Assembly: GCA_977018835.1 (NCBI GenBank)
Contig: OZ361260.1
Span: 1,674,001 to 1,738,000 of the forward strand
Direction: 5' to 3'
Origin: Minutocellus sp. GHC0000111
Lineage: Eukaryota
Length of the DNA: 64,000 nt
Part shown: piece by piece, positions 11,181 to 22,810 of the stretch
Numbering within the stretch: position 1 is the first letter of the stretch
Layout of the letters: every line of letters starts with the position of its first letter
The notes under the pieces: generated by a model
Databases searched by the model: none
The model's input: the letters and a program-made list of their open reading frames with translations, nothing else
What the model was told of the DNA's origin: nothing
Program-made: the position numbers and the translations under genes

Positions 11181-11535
11181 TTCGTTTCCGGAATTTGTTT
11201 ATTTTGAAATTTATCTGTGCCGCGATTTTCAACCAAGACTTGCCCCCCGGGATGTGACACGAATTTCCTTCCCCGCCTCTACCAATGGATAATATGTGCA
11301 AGTTGTAGAGGGGGGTCGTTGCGTCTGTGTGGCTATGATGTGTTGCCTCTCGGGCCGGTATCTTCCTATCTTGCTTGCCGCGGTATTCCCCAACGGACCA
11401 AGTCACGAGAAATGACAGAGGTGTTTTTCGAGGGCCGGTTGTGACACGTCATAAACTTTTTGGGGTCATTGGTATAATGCTAACTACCTAACTAACCTCA
11501 TCGAAGCGAAAAGATGACGGTCTCATTTTGAAACG

Positions 11536-13515
11536 ATGGCCTTCCCTCCCCAAAGCGTCGCTTTTCTGGCTCTCGTTGGGGCCCAAATAATAACATGTGC
11601 TGCTTTTTCCTTCACTCCCAAAACGAGCACATGCAGGCCGAACCATCGTCTTCCGATCTCATCACTTGCGCTTCGTGCGTCATCCGATATTAGTACCTCC
11701 AACAACAACAGCGCCCAAGCAAAGTCAGATGAACTGGCATCGACATTCCCCCGAGAGCTGCCCGCCGGGATGCGCGGTGAGGCCGTCCGATCGGCACTCC
11801 GTTCACCCAACGGGGTGTGCATCGACTTTACCTCCCACGACGAGTTTGGTGTGGGAGTTGTGAAAGTCCATGGTAGCGGCGTCCAGCAATTTTTGGAGGG
11901 CAAGTTGAGCAATTCCTTTGATTTGGAAGGTGGCACCAAAAGTGACGGCCATGGCAAGCTGGTGGACTCTTGTTTGTTGACGCCAAGAGGTCGGACTGTT
12001 GACAGAATATCAGTTTCACTCTTTCCTGGCCAGAGTGAGAACGGTGACGACGATACATCATCTGAAGCATATCTCCTCACGTCACCTGGTCATGGTGGAT
12101 CAACGTTGTTCAATCGGTTGGATCCCTACGTGTTTCCAATGGATGGTGTGAAATTGACGGACATGATGGACACATCCAAGACATCCACTCGGTTTATCAC
12201 TGTGGCGGCCACCAAGCGGAGTCATGTAAAGGAATCGGTAAAGCGATATGTGACGTCCAATCTGAATTTGTCGGTGGGATTGGACCTCCCACGACACGGA
12301 GAGTGCACCAGAGTATCGACCGACGATGGCACCGATATCATAATTTTGCCGTCTACTTTCTTGCCGGAATGTGTATGTGTGGGGTACACATTCGTGATAT
12401 CGAAGACAGGTAGCGGTAGTGGTGATACAACAGCTCAATGCATATGGGATGCCCTCACTGCCGAGTTCGATTATCAGGCGCCAGTGGAGCTTGGTCCTCT
12501 TGAATGGGAAACATTGCGCATTGAAGGTGGATGGCCGGCCTATGGCCGTGAAATGACCGGCGATATCGATCCGGATAACGACAAGGATGCTGGTGCTGAT
12601 GGCGAAAATACAGCAATTGGTGTGGGAGCCAAGGCGAGTCCGCTGGAGCTGCATCTTGAGTCTGCAGTAGATGAAACCAAGGGATGCTATCTGGGCCAAG
12701 AAGCGATATCGGCGCTACTCAAGAACAAGAGAGGCATTCCTCGCACACTCTATTCCGCGGTCTTTCACGAAGATGATAATGCTTATGGTACTTCGCCTGC
12801 GGGTGAACTCAGCAACGACAATATGATGGATCTTGCCTCGTTGCTCGGTGCCGATACTACCTCTCCTTCTAGTGATGAGAGTGGCTTGAAGCAACCTATC
12901 CCAGGTGATGACATTTACGTGCTTGGCTCTGCTGGCAAGATCAAGGCCGGCATGATCACATCGGTCGCCGAAGCAGGTGGCACAGGAGAGCCCACAACTG
13001 TTGGTTTGGCGCTCATTCGCCGGCCAGATTCAATACTGTCAAAGATGAAGTCAATGGGTCTGGAGCTCGGTGGCGGAGTCGATGTTGAAGCTCAGGGAGC
13101 CGGTCAATCATCGCTGCCGCTACCCGTGGATCCATTAGATGGTCTCGAAGTAATTGTTGATGAAACTAATGCGATTGGCAAGCTTCAGAGCTTACCGTGC
13201 CGTCGTTTCAAGAATGGACTGAACATGTTTGACGCCGAGGTGGAAGCTTTTGCGGGGATTGAAAGAGACAGCGGTGCCATCATGGGCATCGTGGACTCTG
13301 GAGCCAATGCATCGGAGTTTGTCCCAGAGGGTTGGGATGCTGCCGAGACTGTCGTCGACGATGAAGATGAATTGCGGCAAGCAGAAGAGGAGGCCGCCAA
13401 GGCTGCTGCGGAGGCAGAGGCGGCCGCTGCGGAGGCCAAGCGAAAAGCAGAAAAGATGGAAATGCTCAGACAAAGGCCGAGGCGGCGGAAGAAGAAGAAA
13501 AAGGCGGCAGAGTGA
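11536..13515 (+). CDS. Plastid-targeted YgfZ/GcvT-family folate-binding protein (Fe-S assembly, IBA57/COG0354-like)
   Basis: Signal peptide followed by AA-F. Motifs LLTPRGRTVD, WETLRIEGGWP, and the KGCYLGQE signature. Confidence 0.9.
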   Translation: MAFPPQSVAFLALVGAQIITCAAFSFTPKTSTCRPNHRLPISSLALRASSDISTSNNNSAQAKSDELASTFPRELPAGMRGEAVRSALRSPNGVCIDFTSHDEFGVGVVKVHGSGVQQFLEGKLSNSFDLEGGTKSDGHGKLVDSCLLTPRGRTVDRISVSLFPGQSENGDDDTSSEAYLLTSPGHGGSTLFNRLDPYVFPMDGVKLTDMMDTSKTSTRFITVAATKRSHVKESVKRYVTSNLNLSVGLDLPRHGECTRVSTDDGTDIIILPSTFLPECVCVGYTFVISKTGSGSGDTTAQCIWDALTAEFDYQAPVELGPLEWETLRIEGGWPAYGREMTGDIDPDNDKDAGADGENTAIGVGAKASPLELHLESAVDETKGCYLGQEAISALLKNKRGIPRTLYSAVFHEDDNAYGTSPAGELSNDNMMDLASLLGADTTSPSSDESGLKQPIPGDDIYVLGSAGKIKAGMITSVAEAGGTGEPTTVGLALIRRPDSILSKMKSMGLELGGGVDVEAQGAGQSSLPLPVDPLDGLEVIVDETNAIGKLQSLPCRRFKNGLNMFDAEVEAFAGIERDSGAIMGIVDSGANASEFVPEGWDAAETVVDDEDELRQAEEEAAKAAAEAEAAAAEAKRKAEKMEMLRQRPRRRKKKKKAAE

Positions 13516-14134
13516 TGGTGGACGAAGGCAGGGATAATGATGGTAATGATGATATTTTTCCAAGCATTTCATTTATTTGCAGCTTAAATCGCTACTTATC
13601 TGGAATTGGTTTTCTATGTTTATGCATGGCGATTGCTATCATTGGAGATATGAATTTCACCAACGACTCGTCATGCATGTAGCGAGAAGATCGAGGCAAA
13701 ACCTTCACGCGGGCCCAGGTTTCTTGCCCTTGGCGTCCATCCTCGACGAAAAGGGAAAGCCCCTTTTGTAGGGGGAAAAGCTTGAGGCGAAGGCGGCGGA
13801 GCGCGGGCGGAGCAAGCGAATGAGGCACATCCTCCAGATACCAAGGGTGGAGTGGAATCAATCGCCTCGTCCTCGCCGCGATACCATTCAATTGAGGTGA
13901 TTATACCTAGCACTTGCCTTCTACAGCTGCCCTGGGCGGTCTCCTTAGTCAGTCATATCGAGCGGATACACGCAAGCACGAGACGCGCCGCGGAAGTTCT
14001 TGCGATCTTCTTGCGAGAATCAACTCCTCCAGTGGACTCCTCCAAGTTCTTGCCTACCTACCACCGCCAAAAACAATTGACATACTACCATCGCGCAAGT
14101 ACCGTATCTAAACCATCATATTCTGCAATAAACA

Positions 14135-17100
14135 ATGGCGATCGAGACCATATCGTCCGATGCATCGGCATCAGCCGCACCCCCGAGTGCTGGTCTCCTA
14201 CTAAAGGACGCGCCAGTCGACGCCTTGGCCCTCACGATGCGTTTCCTCTCCTACGCCGAGGCCATGCGAGCCGGATCGTCATGCTCGGACCTCCGCGAGG
14301 CATACTACAAGAATAGCCTGATTCATGTAACGACCGACGTCGTCGGTGGTAAATCGGTAGCCATCGATCTGGACATTGGATCGGCCAAACAGGTGGTCCT
14401 ACTTTCCGTCATTCGGAGTGGCCTCTTCGGCAGGGCCGAATTATCTAGTATTATAGAGGCCCATGCGACCGATAGGGTAGTCAGGGAGCATTTTGATGAC
14501 TGGTCGTGGGCTTGGGAGGCACTGGCCAAAACGCAGTGGCCGAATTGTGATAAGATTTTCCCTCGTCATGCCAAGTCTAGTTTGTATTCTCATCTGTACG
14601 ACGAAAAGGGTGGTCGAGACGGGTTCCAGAGCCTCGCGGCAGCTGGAGAACCTAGAGAAGCAGTGGAAAGAGGCATTATGTTCTTTCATGATATCAAGGA
14701 TGGTGAAGATCCAATGCATATTTTGGTCGCTTTGCAGAGACTGCACCTTACCTTCGAGATGGATTGGGGTAGGTGGGGACACCTCTTGGCAAGTGCTGTC
14801 GCGGCATCTGGCATCGTCAATCGCATCAGTCGACTTCTACCTTCGGATGACAATGAAGATGACCAAAACAGCGAATCACTTGGCGTTGGGATAGGAGAGG
14901 CAGCGTGTCGCATCTTTGACCATCTATGTGTGAATGGCTGTCCAGCAGTAATATCTTTCGTTGTCGATGAAGGATGCCTCAGCCTGCTCCTTCGTGCCCT
15001 TGGATCCTACAGCATTAGTGATCATGAAAGGAATCTTTGTGCCTGCTGCTTGCAAACGATTTCCGCCACCTCAGTTGAAATGAGCAATGCTGTTATTGAA
15101 GCGTCGTTGTTTGATGCCCTGGGTGGACTTATTTTGGCTTCTTTCAATGCCATATGGGACAAACGGGCAGTCGGCTGGGACGAAGGGGAGGAGCGTGTCC
15201 TCGTCTCCTCAACGAAATGTCTCGTCACCGTTCTTACTGGCATTCGATGTGACAAAAAGATCCATCCATTGTTGTTCAAATGTCTCTCGACCAACATTGT
15301 TCCAACGTTGAACGTGATTCTCACGACTAGTATCTTCCTCAAAATGCCAATTCTTGTCAATACAGTGGTCTCTTTAGATCATGTTGCATCAATGGCCGCT
15401 AAGGCAGAGCGTGTTACCGGCTTGGATGATGATCCTATGCAAATCATACTTGAGATTACTCAAACAGAATCATTGGGGTTTCTCATCGATTCCTTTGTCT
15501 CGATCGTGGATGTTTCATGCACAAGGCACGCAATGAATCTCATGAACACGTTGGCTCATAATGGCTACGCGAAGTCTCTCCTTGATGCCAAATTTCTCCA
15601 ATTTATCTGCGATCGAATCATTCTTCAGGACAAGTCGCGGTATGATAGTGAAACATTGGCAAGTCTCATTAGTGTTTTAGCGTCAAATTCCAATGATTCG
15701 ACATCGGATGAGCCGTGGAAAATATACGGCGAACTCATTTGGCCAGGTTGTACTGAAATTTTTGTTAAAGTCCCTCTTCGCCAGTTGCTTGCAGGAGATA
15801 CTTGGCTTTACGATTTAGCCACGGACTTCGATATGATTCCATCTAGGGCTTGGCTTGAGCAATTTGCGTGCCGGTTGAAAACGAAGAACCGTAAACAAGC
15901 GAAAATTCTGAAGTCACTGAGCGAGCTCCCTCGGCTGTTCCTAGCATCACGTGGTGACCGAGAGGTATCTGCCTTGGCCAAAGGCATTGTGGCTAGTGGT
16001 GGTCTTTCTCAGATGTTTCGGCTCCTCCGCCAAACTGATTCGGCTGAGGTCCGGGAAAATATTGTCTCGAACACATTCTCAATTGTGATTTCGTCTCGCC
16101 TCGATGGATCTTTCGTCTTCCAAGATGACCATTTGAGGAAGATTATGCAAAAGCTTCGATGCAATCCGATGAGCCATCCTAACCAAAAAGATATTACAAT
16201 TTGGTGGGTTGCTTGCGTAGGTATTATTGCGCAGCACAATAAGACCTTTCGCGATTCAATCTTTCAGCTGGAGACCATGAACTATTTGCTCGGCCTCATT
16301 CGCTCTGAGTATAGGCCTTTGTCTGCGCCAAACTCTATCATCCCGCTCGCTTTGGAGTTTTCAACGCCAGGGCAATCACTTGGTAGTTGGACCTTGAATG
16401 AAATCTTTAAGATTGTCCGATCGATATGCACCCCAGGCCTTACTTGCAAAGAGAAAGTCTCGATCGTCAAAAAGTGCATGAGCACAGTTTATTCTTTTAC
16501 GGATAGTTCCAATGAATTCTTCGAGAAAGTACTTTCGGCAATTGCGGGTCTTCCTCGCGCCGTGTGCGTAGACGTTATTATGGAGTGTCTCCCTCATTCC
16601 AACAGTACAAGTCGTCTTGTTCGGTTTCTGAAAGAATATTCCAAATCAACCAGCTTGTATTGTTTTGCAGCCAAGTTGCTTGTGTTTACCATTCGCCACT
16701 TTCCAAATCAGATCGGTGTCGCCATTGACGCTGGCTTGCCCTCCTTGGACTTTGGCGCGCTTCTGAATCGATCCCAGGTAGGAATTCGTGAAGATATCAG
16801 TTGTGTATTGATTGGGGCCGCCTTTTTGCTCATCAACTCATTTGAAAGTCAGCAAAGAGATGCTTTGCTTAGCCAACGCGAACGCCTAATCGAATTGCTT
16901 TCTGCGGATGAAAGTGATTTGCGATATGCCTCTGCCGGCGCCCTAGCCCAACTTTCCTATGGTCTGGTTCAACGTCATCGGTATGGAGTATTGATTCAAG
17001 GTCAGGAGTATGACCGCCGTGAATCAAAAGCTATCATCAACACTTTGATTGAGGAGGGTGTTGTTTCGTCCATGTGCGATTCGCTGGGACAATGCGATAA

Positions 17101-17335
17101 GCCAAAATATCCAGCAGGCTGTGGCTTTACCTCGTCGCATTTCCTCGCTGGTATTCATGGGGTACTCGAGGCAGGTTCGTTCGAGAAGAATGAAAATATA
17201 ACAAGCGATTTCATCAAAGCGGTGGCTCCCTCTGCTCCGAAAATCTCAGCTTTTCAACAAAGCACCAATGCGATGTGTCAATTCTGGTCGAAGCGGATCA
17301 TGTCGGAGTTCTTTCCGGAAGAGAATTCGCCGTAA
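14135..17335 (+). CDS. Armadillo/HEAT-like repeat protein with a possible N-terminal F-box-like motif
   Basis: 1066-aa ORF. LLLKDAPVDALALTMRFLSYAEAMRAGSSC is F-box-like. ARM-like helices include VVDEGCLSLLLRAL, IVASGGLSQMFRLL and LIEEGVVSSMCDSL. Confidence 0.65.
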   Translation: MAIETISSDASASAAPPSAGLLLKDAPVDALALTMRFLSYAEAMRAGSSCSDLREAYYKNSLIHVTTDVVGGKSVAIDLDIGSAKQVVLLSVIRSGLFGRAELSSIIEAHATDRVVREHFDDWSWAWEALAKTQWPNCDKIFPRHAKSSLYSHLYDEKGGRDGFQSLAAAGEPREAVERGIMFFHDIKDGEDPMHILVALQRLHLTFEMDWGRWGHLLASAVAASGIVNRISRLLPSDDNEDDQNSESLGVGIGEAACRIFDHLCVNGCPAVISFVVDEGCLSLLLRALGSYSISDHERNLCACCLQTISATSVEMSNAVIEASLFDALGGLILASFNAIWDKRAVGWDEGEERVLVSSTKCLVTVLTGIRCDKKIHPLLFKCLSTNIVPTLNVILTTSIFLKMPILVNTVVSLDHVASMAAKAERVTGLDDDPMQIILEITQTESLGFLIDSFVSIVDVSCTRHAMNLMNTLAHNGYAKSLLDAKFLQFICDRIILQDKSRYDSETLASLISVLASNSNDSTSDEPWKIYGELIWPGCTEIFVKVPLRQLLAGDTWLYDLATDFDMIPSRAWLEQFACRLKTKNRKQAKILKSLSELPRLFLASRGDREVSALAKGIVASGGLSQMFRLLRQTDSAEVRENIVSNTFSIVISSRLDGSFVFQDDHLRKIMQKLRCNPMSHPNQKDITIWWVACVGIIAQHNKTFRDSIFQLETMNYLLGLIRSEYRPLSAPNSIIPLALEFSTPGQSLGSWTLNEIFKIVRSICTPGLTCKEKVSIVKKCMSTVYSFTDSSNEFFEKVLSAIAGLPRAVCVDVIMECLPHSNSTSRLVRFLKEYSKSTSLYCFAAKLLVFTIRHFPNQIGVAIDAGLPSLDFGALLNRSQVGIREDISCVLIGAAFLLINSFESQQRDALLSQRERLIELLSADESDLRYASAGALAQLSYGLVQRHRYGVLIQGQEYDRRESKAIINTLIEEGVVSSMCDSLGQCDKPKYPAGCGFTSSHFLAGIHGVLEAGSFEKNENITSDFIKAVAPSAPKISAFQQSTNAMCQFWSKRIMSEFFPEENSP

Positions 17336-17643
17336 GCCGCGGCTGCATGGTAAATTAATTTTGCGCTCTATTCAGCGCGAATATTTGAGAAGAGAAATGG
17401 GCGACTATCAGAGAGCTCTTTTACTATGGTAAGTAGAAAGAAAATGTCGACGACTAAAAGTGCAAACATCAACCACCATAGAATTTCTACCAGCAGGAAA
17501 CGAGTACCGTACCGAGGGGCAACTTATCTAGTAGTCGAATAAATGAAAGAATAATTACTTTAGATCAACTTCGGTCTACATCATCCCTGTAGTAAGTACA
17601 AACTCAGTGAATATTTTTCTTATCGATACAAATCGTCAACCTC

Positions 17644-18789
17644 CTACTTTTCAGGGGCTTCAGCCCTCTTGGCCGATATGGCAAGGCACCTGCCCTTGTG
17701 AGCTGGATATGCCATCCCCTGGCACTCCACGCTGCAGTACCGGTCGATATGACAGCCACCACATCGCTTGGTCGGCACCCCCACCTCGTTTGGACAGGTC
17801 GGATTGGTACAGGGCTTGGTCGACCAATACTTCTTCTCGGTGCACGGTGGGCAGATGGTGTGGAAGTCAGTGCTACCGATGGAAACATGTACTCCCGGAC
17901 GTTTGAAGTTGCAGTCAACGCATACATCATGGTGGCATTCCTGGCATTTCAGTACGGCCCTGGGAAATTTGGACTTCAGCGTCTCCAAGCGGAGGGATGC
18001 CAAGTCCGCTGATGGAACGTCTCCAAAGTTGCGAACAATGGTGCGCAACCTCTCTTTCATATCGTCGTCACACATAGTGCAGACCAGGAGGACGCATTGC
18101 GAGCATTTGCGAAAGTAGGATGGGCGCGAGCTGTCGGTAATTGAGGCACACGCGTTGCATTCACAAGGCCGGCCCCACCGAAACCCCTGCTGATCAACCA
18201 CAGGCTTGTCCCAGAGACATTCGCTAGAAACGCAAGGACGAAAGGGGATTGCTGCCATGGATAGCCGTTCGTCCTTGCCAATGAGATCGACGGCTTCATG
18301 GTAAAATGATTCGGCGAAAACAATGTCTCCATTCTTTCTGAATGAAGGCACTTTGTTGGACAACTTCGCCATCGTTCGGCCACCGTGACAGTCCTCACAC
18401 CGCCGCAGAGGGTTGATGCAGTTCCTGCCGTTGGGGCACTCCCTGAACTTCTTCTTTTCACACCGCCAGCAGTACAGCTGAGCGCAGCCGGGACACTGAT
18501 GGGCCTTGGCCAGATCCTTGAGCGCGCAGCAGCAACGGACGCATTTCATCTTCTTGCTCCCAGCACTGCTGCTGATGGCCAGAACGCCAGCCTCTCTGTC
18601 ACCGACGTTGCTGCTTTCGAAGCCATTTCCGTTTCGAGCGTCAAATATGCCACTGGTCGTCAAAGTAGCCGCCGCCGCTGATGGAGCCGCCGCCGAAAGT
18701 GCCGATGGCGCAGCCGCCGCCGCCGAAGACGATCCCCCCGTCTTGGCCTTGGCCCTACTACCGGCGTTCTTCTTGGACTTCTTCCCCAT
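17644..18789 (-). CDS. Cys-rich protein with C-terminal MYND zinc finger
   Basis: Likely start MGKKSKKN at 18789. Many CxxC pairs, ending in CTNPTC...KRCGGCHIDRYCSVECQGMAYPAHKGRC. Confidence 0.85.
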   Translation of the reverse strand: MGKKSKKNAGSRAKAKTGGSSSAAAAAPSALSAAAPSAAAATLTTSGIFDARNGNGFESSNVGDREAGVLAISSSAGSKKMKCVRCCCALKDLAKAHQCPGCAQLYCWRCEKKKFRECPNGRNCINPLRRCEDCHGGRTMAKLSNKVPSFRKNGDIVFAESFYHEAVDLIGKDERLSMAAIPFRPCVSSECLWDKPVVDQQGFRWGRPCECNACASITDSSRPSYFRKCSQCVLLVCTMCDDDMKERLRTIVRNFGDVPSADLASLRLETLKSKFPRAVLKCQECHHDVCVDCNFKRPGVHVSIGSTDFHTICPPCTEKKYWSTKPCTNPTCPNEVGVPTKRCGGCHIDRYCSVECQGMAYPAHKGRCLAISAKRAEAPEK

Positions 18790-19208
18790 TGCAGCGCCCA
18801 CCCCTGCTACCTGAGGCACCGCAATCAATACCGGCGGCGGCAGATTGCGGCAGAGCAGGAGAAGAGAGCAGCAACGGCCGGTTTTTCTGTCTGCCGTACG
18901 AAAGGTACGGTATGGCACGTCCGTACCGTAAAAATCGAATAAAATGATGTCACGGTGACAATAAAAACGGGACAAAAAGCGAGCGGGACCTCTTGCTCTC
19001 CATCTCTCTCTTCGGCCCTCCACAATGGGGATTTTGGCGGCCGCCGTTGCGCATCACGTTTGGATACTAGTAGCGCCGCTACCAAAATATACACATCGCA
19101 CAGCAGCCTCGCGTGCTGTTCAATACTGATTGCCATCACAAGTATCCGCTGAATCCATAAACCAGCACGCGTAAATCGCAACACAAAAACACACACTCAA
19201 ACCAAATA

Positions 19209-20147
19209 ATGGACCGGATCCAGCAGCTCATGCGGGGCATGCCCGGCGGAGGGGGCATGGGCGGAGCCGGCACCTCCGACGCCCCGACGCCCGACACCAC
19301 CGAGAAGGTCCACGTGTCCTCCCTCGCCCTGCTCAAGATGCTCAAGCACGGCCGGGCCGGCGTCCCCATGGAGGTCATGGGCCTCATGCTCGGCCAGTTC
19401 GTCGACGACTACACCATCAATTGTGTGGATGTGTTCAGCATGCCCCAGTCTGGTACGTCGGTGAGCGTCGAGGCCGTCGATCCCGTCTACCAGACCAAGA
19501 TGCTCGACATGCTCCAGCAGACCGGCCGGGGGGAGATGGTGGTGGGCTGGTACCACTCCCACCCCGGCTTCGGCTGCTGGCTGAGCTCGACCGACATCAA
19601 CACCCAATCCTCCTTCGAGGCGCTCAATCCCCGCGCCGTCGCCCTCGTCGTCGATCCCGTCCAATCCGTCAAGGGCAAGGTCGTCATCGATTGCTTCCGC
19701 CTCATCAACCCCCAGCTCATGATGCTCGGCCAGGAACCCCGCCAGACGACCAGCAACGTCGGACATTTGAACAAACCGTCCATCCAGGCCCTGATTCATG
19801 GACTCAACCGGCACTACTACTCCATCGTCATCGACTACCGCAAGAACGAGCTCGAGGAGCAGATGCTCATGAACCTCCACAAGCGCAACTGGACCGCGGG
19901 GCTGACCGTCGACCGGTTCGAGGACCACGCCACCAAGAACGAGGCCGTGGTCGATCGGATGCTCAAATTGACGGCCTCGTACGGCGAACGGATCAAGGCC
20001 GAGGAGGGCAAGACCGCCGAGGAGGTCCTGGTGGAGAACGTGGGCAAGGTCGACCCGAAGAAGCATCTGGAGGCCGGCGTCGCCGAGTTGATGCAGCTCA
20101 ACATTATTCAGTGTTTGGGCACCATGCTCGATACCGTGGTGTTTTAG
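19209..20147 (+). CDS. RPN11: 26S proteasome lid deubiquitinase Rpn11/PSMD14
   Basis: [24 protein letters not shown] and the JAMM motif [19 protein letters not shown]. Confidence 0.98.
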   Translation: MDRIQQLMRGMPGGGGMGGAGTSDAPTPDTTEKVHVSSLALLKMLKHGRAGVPMEVMGLMLGQFVDDYTINCVDVFSMPQSGTSVSVEAVDPVYQTKMLDMLQQTGRGEMVVGWYHSHPGFGCWLSSTDINTQSSFEALNPRAVALVVDPVQSVKGKVVIDCFRLINPQLMMLGQEPRQTTSNVGHLNKPSIQALIHGLNRHYYSIVIDYRKNELEEQMLMNLHKRNWTAGLTVDRFEDHATKNEAVVDRMLKLTASYGERIKAEEGKTAEEVLVENVGKVDPKKHLEAGVAELMQLNIIQCLGTMLDTVVF

Positions 20148-20472
20148 GAACTGTGCCTAAAAGGTAGGTATATCATCGGAACATCAGTCCAAGTCCAGGG
20201 CGGGCTCTTTCGTGGGCGGGGACCGCCATGGATTATTATTTTAGCTGGGTTGCCAGGAAAAGATCGATCTTTTAGGGCTGGCCCAAATACTAGTAGCATG
20301 TAAACCTTTACCAATACAGCAACTACCTACAATAAAGCCTTTTGCGAATTATCTGTATATTTTTTATTTAAGCTATAAAGGGCATCGGTAGAATCGTTTC
20401 ACCAGCAGAATGTAAAAATTGACCAATGAGCGAAGAAATGCCCACTGATGCCCTCCTACAATACATGGACCT

Positions 20473-22410
20473 TTACATCAATGGCTCCAGATTGATCTCC
20501 AGACAACTTGCCGGGTAGCCAACGTCGAAGGCGCCCAAAACTTCCGGATGGAGGATGCCAAAGGTACCGATCCGGACCCGCTCTCCACCGGTGGCGGGGC
20601 TGGTGAGGAGAATCTCGGCGGCACGGCCGGGGAAGTAGGTGCCGGCATCGTCGTCGCCCTCCTTCAACTCGCGGATGGTGTAGTACCACCCCTCCCGGGC
20701 GACGCGGAACTTCTCCTCGTCTCCCTTGGTCGAGTTGGACACGTACTCCTCCTCGGGGGCCACCTCGGTGAGGGTGAGGACGCGGTCGACGAGGCCGTGG
20801 ATGGTCTCGAAGCCCGAGGTAGGTCCGGCGTAGATGGCACAGAGACGACGCTCGTTGCGCGCACCGACGACGGTGCCGGTGATGGCGTGCCGATCGTCGG
20901 GGAGGACGACGTCGCTGATTTCGAAGATTTTGAATCCCGACGTGAACGACGCCGACTTGTTGTGCTGGAGGGTCTTGAGGAGGCCGGGGAGGAGGGTGGT
21001 CCGGACCACCTCGTACTCGACGTTGGCGGGGTTGGAAAGGCTGACGGCGGCGGTCACCTGCTTGCGCAGGGCCGTGAAGTTGTCTCGGATGGAGCAAAGT
21101 CCATGGGTGAGGACCTCGGTGTATCCCGCCCGGCCAATCTCATCGCGGAGCAGATCGCCCAGCTTGTTCAGCGGTTGTTCTCCACCGACGGTGTTGGTAT
21201 GCGGCACCCTCTTGACGATGTTGTTGTACCCGTAGGCGATGCCCACGTCCTCGGCAATGTCGACGGGGTGCAAAATGTCCGACCGCGTGGGGGGAACGCT
21301 GACCTCGAGCATCTGCTTGCCATCGGGTCCCTGCTCGAGGGAGGCCGGACCCAGCTGGATCTTGTTGCACAGCTCGACCATGCGATCAGCCGACTCTTGG
21401 ATGCCAATCATGGAGTTGATGAAGTCGACCCCGGCCTGGACGCGGCGGGTGGGCAGCTCGGGGGTCACGTACGAGTTGGTGGTGGACCCGGAGGCATCCA
21501 CGTAATTGACCTGCACGGGCTCGATTTGGAAGGGTTGGGAGCAGTACTCGGAGAACATGGTAACGACGGTGTCGAGGACGATGTTGGCCTTGGTCAGGTC
21601 GGTGGCGGTGCACTCGATGAAGACGTTCTTGGTGTCGAGGGTGATCTTGGACTTGTCGCCGTTGATGATGGGGGGCAGGGACAGGACGGTGTTTTCGTTG
21701 TCGAGGACGACGGGGTAGAGGGGCGAGTCCTTGATGATGGGCACGTACGGCTTGAGATGCTTGCAATCCGGATGGGTCTCGTAGTGTTCCAGGAGGGTCC
21801 GGCCGGTGAAGGCCTGGCCGGAGGTGTCGTCCGACGATTTGAGGGGGACGAACTCAATGTCGTCGGGCTTGCGGGCGTCGTAGTGGAAGGGTCCCTTCAC
21901 AGCATCCATATCGTGCGTGCCGATGGCCACCAGGGTCCGCTGCCGGCACAGGTTGCGATGGAGCTGATCCTGCAGATCGATGAAGGAGGCATACCGCTCG
22001 GGGGTGAAGGTGACGTCCCTCAAAATCGCACAGACGACAAAGGGCCGGACCGTAGCTGTCGTTTCCTGCTGGACCGTCATGGTTTCCATCTTGTCGGGCG
22101 TCGTCTTGGTGTAGACCGGTGCCTCCATATCGCCGAGGAAAATTTTCAGCGACCGGCTCAATCCCTCGATGCACAGCAAATCGTACCTGTTGGCGGGAAC
22201 GTCAATCTTGTAAATCACCGACGAACTCAACGCATTGATCTGCTCCTTGGACAGCTTGACCGTGGAGGATTTCAATGCCTCCTCCCGTTCCGAGGTGATC
22301 TCGTCGAGCTCCACCCCAAACTCGAAGCAAAGCTCGTCGAAGGCCTCGTCGGAGTACGTTCGGCCGATGTGCGCGAAGAGATCGTCGCGATTGACCGCTA
22401 GAGTGGGCAT
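20473..22410 (-). CDS. FARSB: Cytosolic phenylalanyl-tRNA synthetase beta subunit
   Basis: FDELCFEFGVELD, KIDVPANRYDLLCIEG, LSLPPIING, VPPTRSDILHPVDIAEDVGIAYGYNN, VVRTTLLPGLL. Confidence 0.97.
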   Translation of the reverse strand: MPTLAVNRDDLFAHIGRTYSDEAFDELCFEFGVELDEITSEREEALKSSTVKLSKEQINALSSSVIYKIDVPANRYDLLCIEGLSRSLKIFLGDMEAPVYTKTTPDKMETMTVQQETTATVRPFVVCAILRDVTFTPERYASFIDLQDQLHRNLCRQRTLVAIGTHDMDAVKGPFHYDARKPDDIEFVPLKSSDDTSGQAFTGRTLLEHYETHPDCKHLKPYVPIIKDSPLYPVVLDNENTVLSLPPIINGDKSKITLDTKNVFIECTATDLTKANIVLDTVVTMFSEYCSQPFQIEPVQVNYVDASGSTTNSYVTPELPTRRVQAGVDFINSMIGIQESADRMVELCNKIQLGPASLEQGPDGKQMLEVSVPPTRSDILHPVDIAEDVGIAYGYNNIVKRVPHTNTVGGEQPLNKLGDLLRDEIGRAGYTEVLTHGLCSIRDNFTALRKQVTAAVSLSNPANVEYEVVRTTLLPGLLKTLQHNKSASFTSGFKIFEISDVVLPDDRHAITGTVVGARNERRLCAIYAGPTSGFETIHGLVDRVLTLTEVAPEEEYVSNSTKGDEEKFRVAREGWYYTIRELKEGDDDAGTYFPGRAAEILLTSPATGGERVRIGTFGILHPEVLGAFDVGYPASCLEINLEPLM

Positions 22411-22810
22411 GGTGGCTTATATATTTATGTGTGTGCTGTGTATATGAACGGGAAAGTGGGCTGCAGGTAATGTGCTTGGGAGGCCGAGCCATGGACGATG
22501 CAATTGCTATCGGCGGTACGGTCGGCGGCAAATGATGATGTGTCGGAAGACGAGACTGTCGGTGAAGTCTCTCAATTTCGCCGAGGGCGAGCGTCGCGCC
22601 GCCGCCGTCGCTCCACGGGGCAACAAGTAAATTTCGAGCACGAAAGAGAGGGCGAAGCAATGTGGTCGATAACGCTAACGACTGACTGGGGGACCGCCGA
22701 TCTTCCAACCACGCCACTCTCGTTCATTCTCACCAGCAAATACTACGCGTAGCTACTAGTAGTACGTGCACTCGTATTCTGCATTTGTAAGGAATCACTC
22801 ACAATCAATC

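Noticed and set aside
13577..13913. Short ORFs between the YgfZ-like and ARM genes
   Set aside because: No recognisable homology; may be a relic but cannot be supported.
20548..22401. Long antisense ORFs (617 aa here; also 5241-6749, 19197-20066, 36476-37681, 40686-41762)
   Set aside because: Shadows of codon-biased sense genes with no recognisable motifs.
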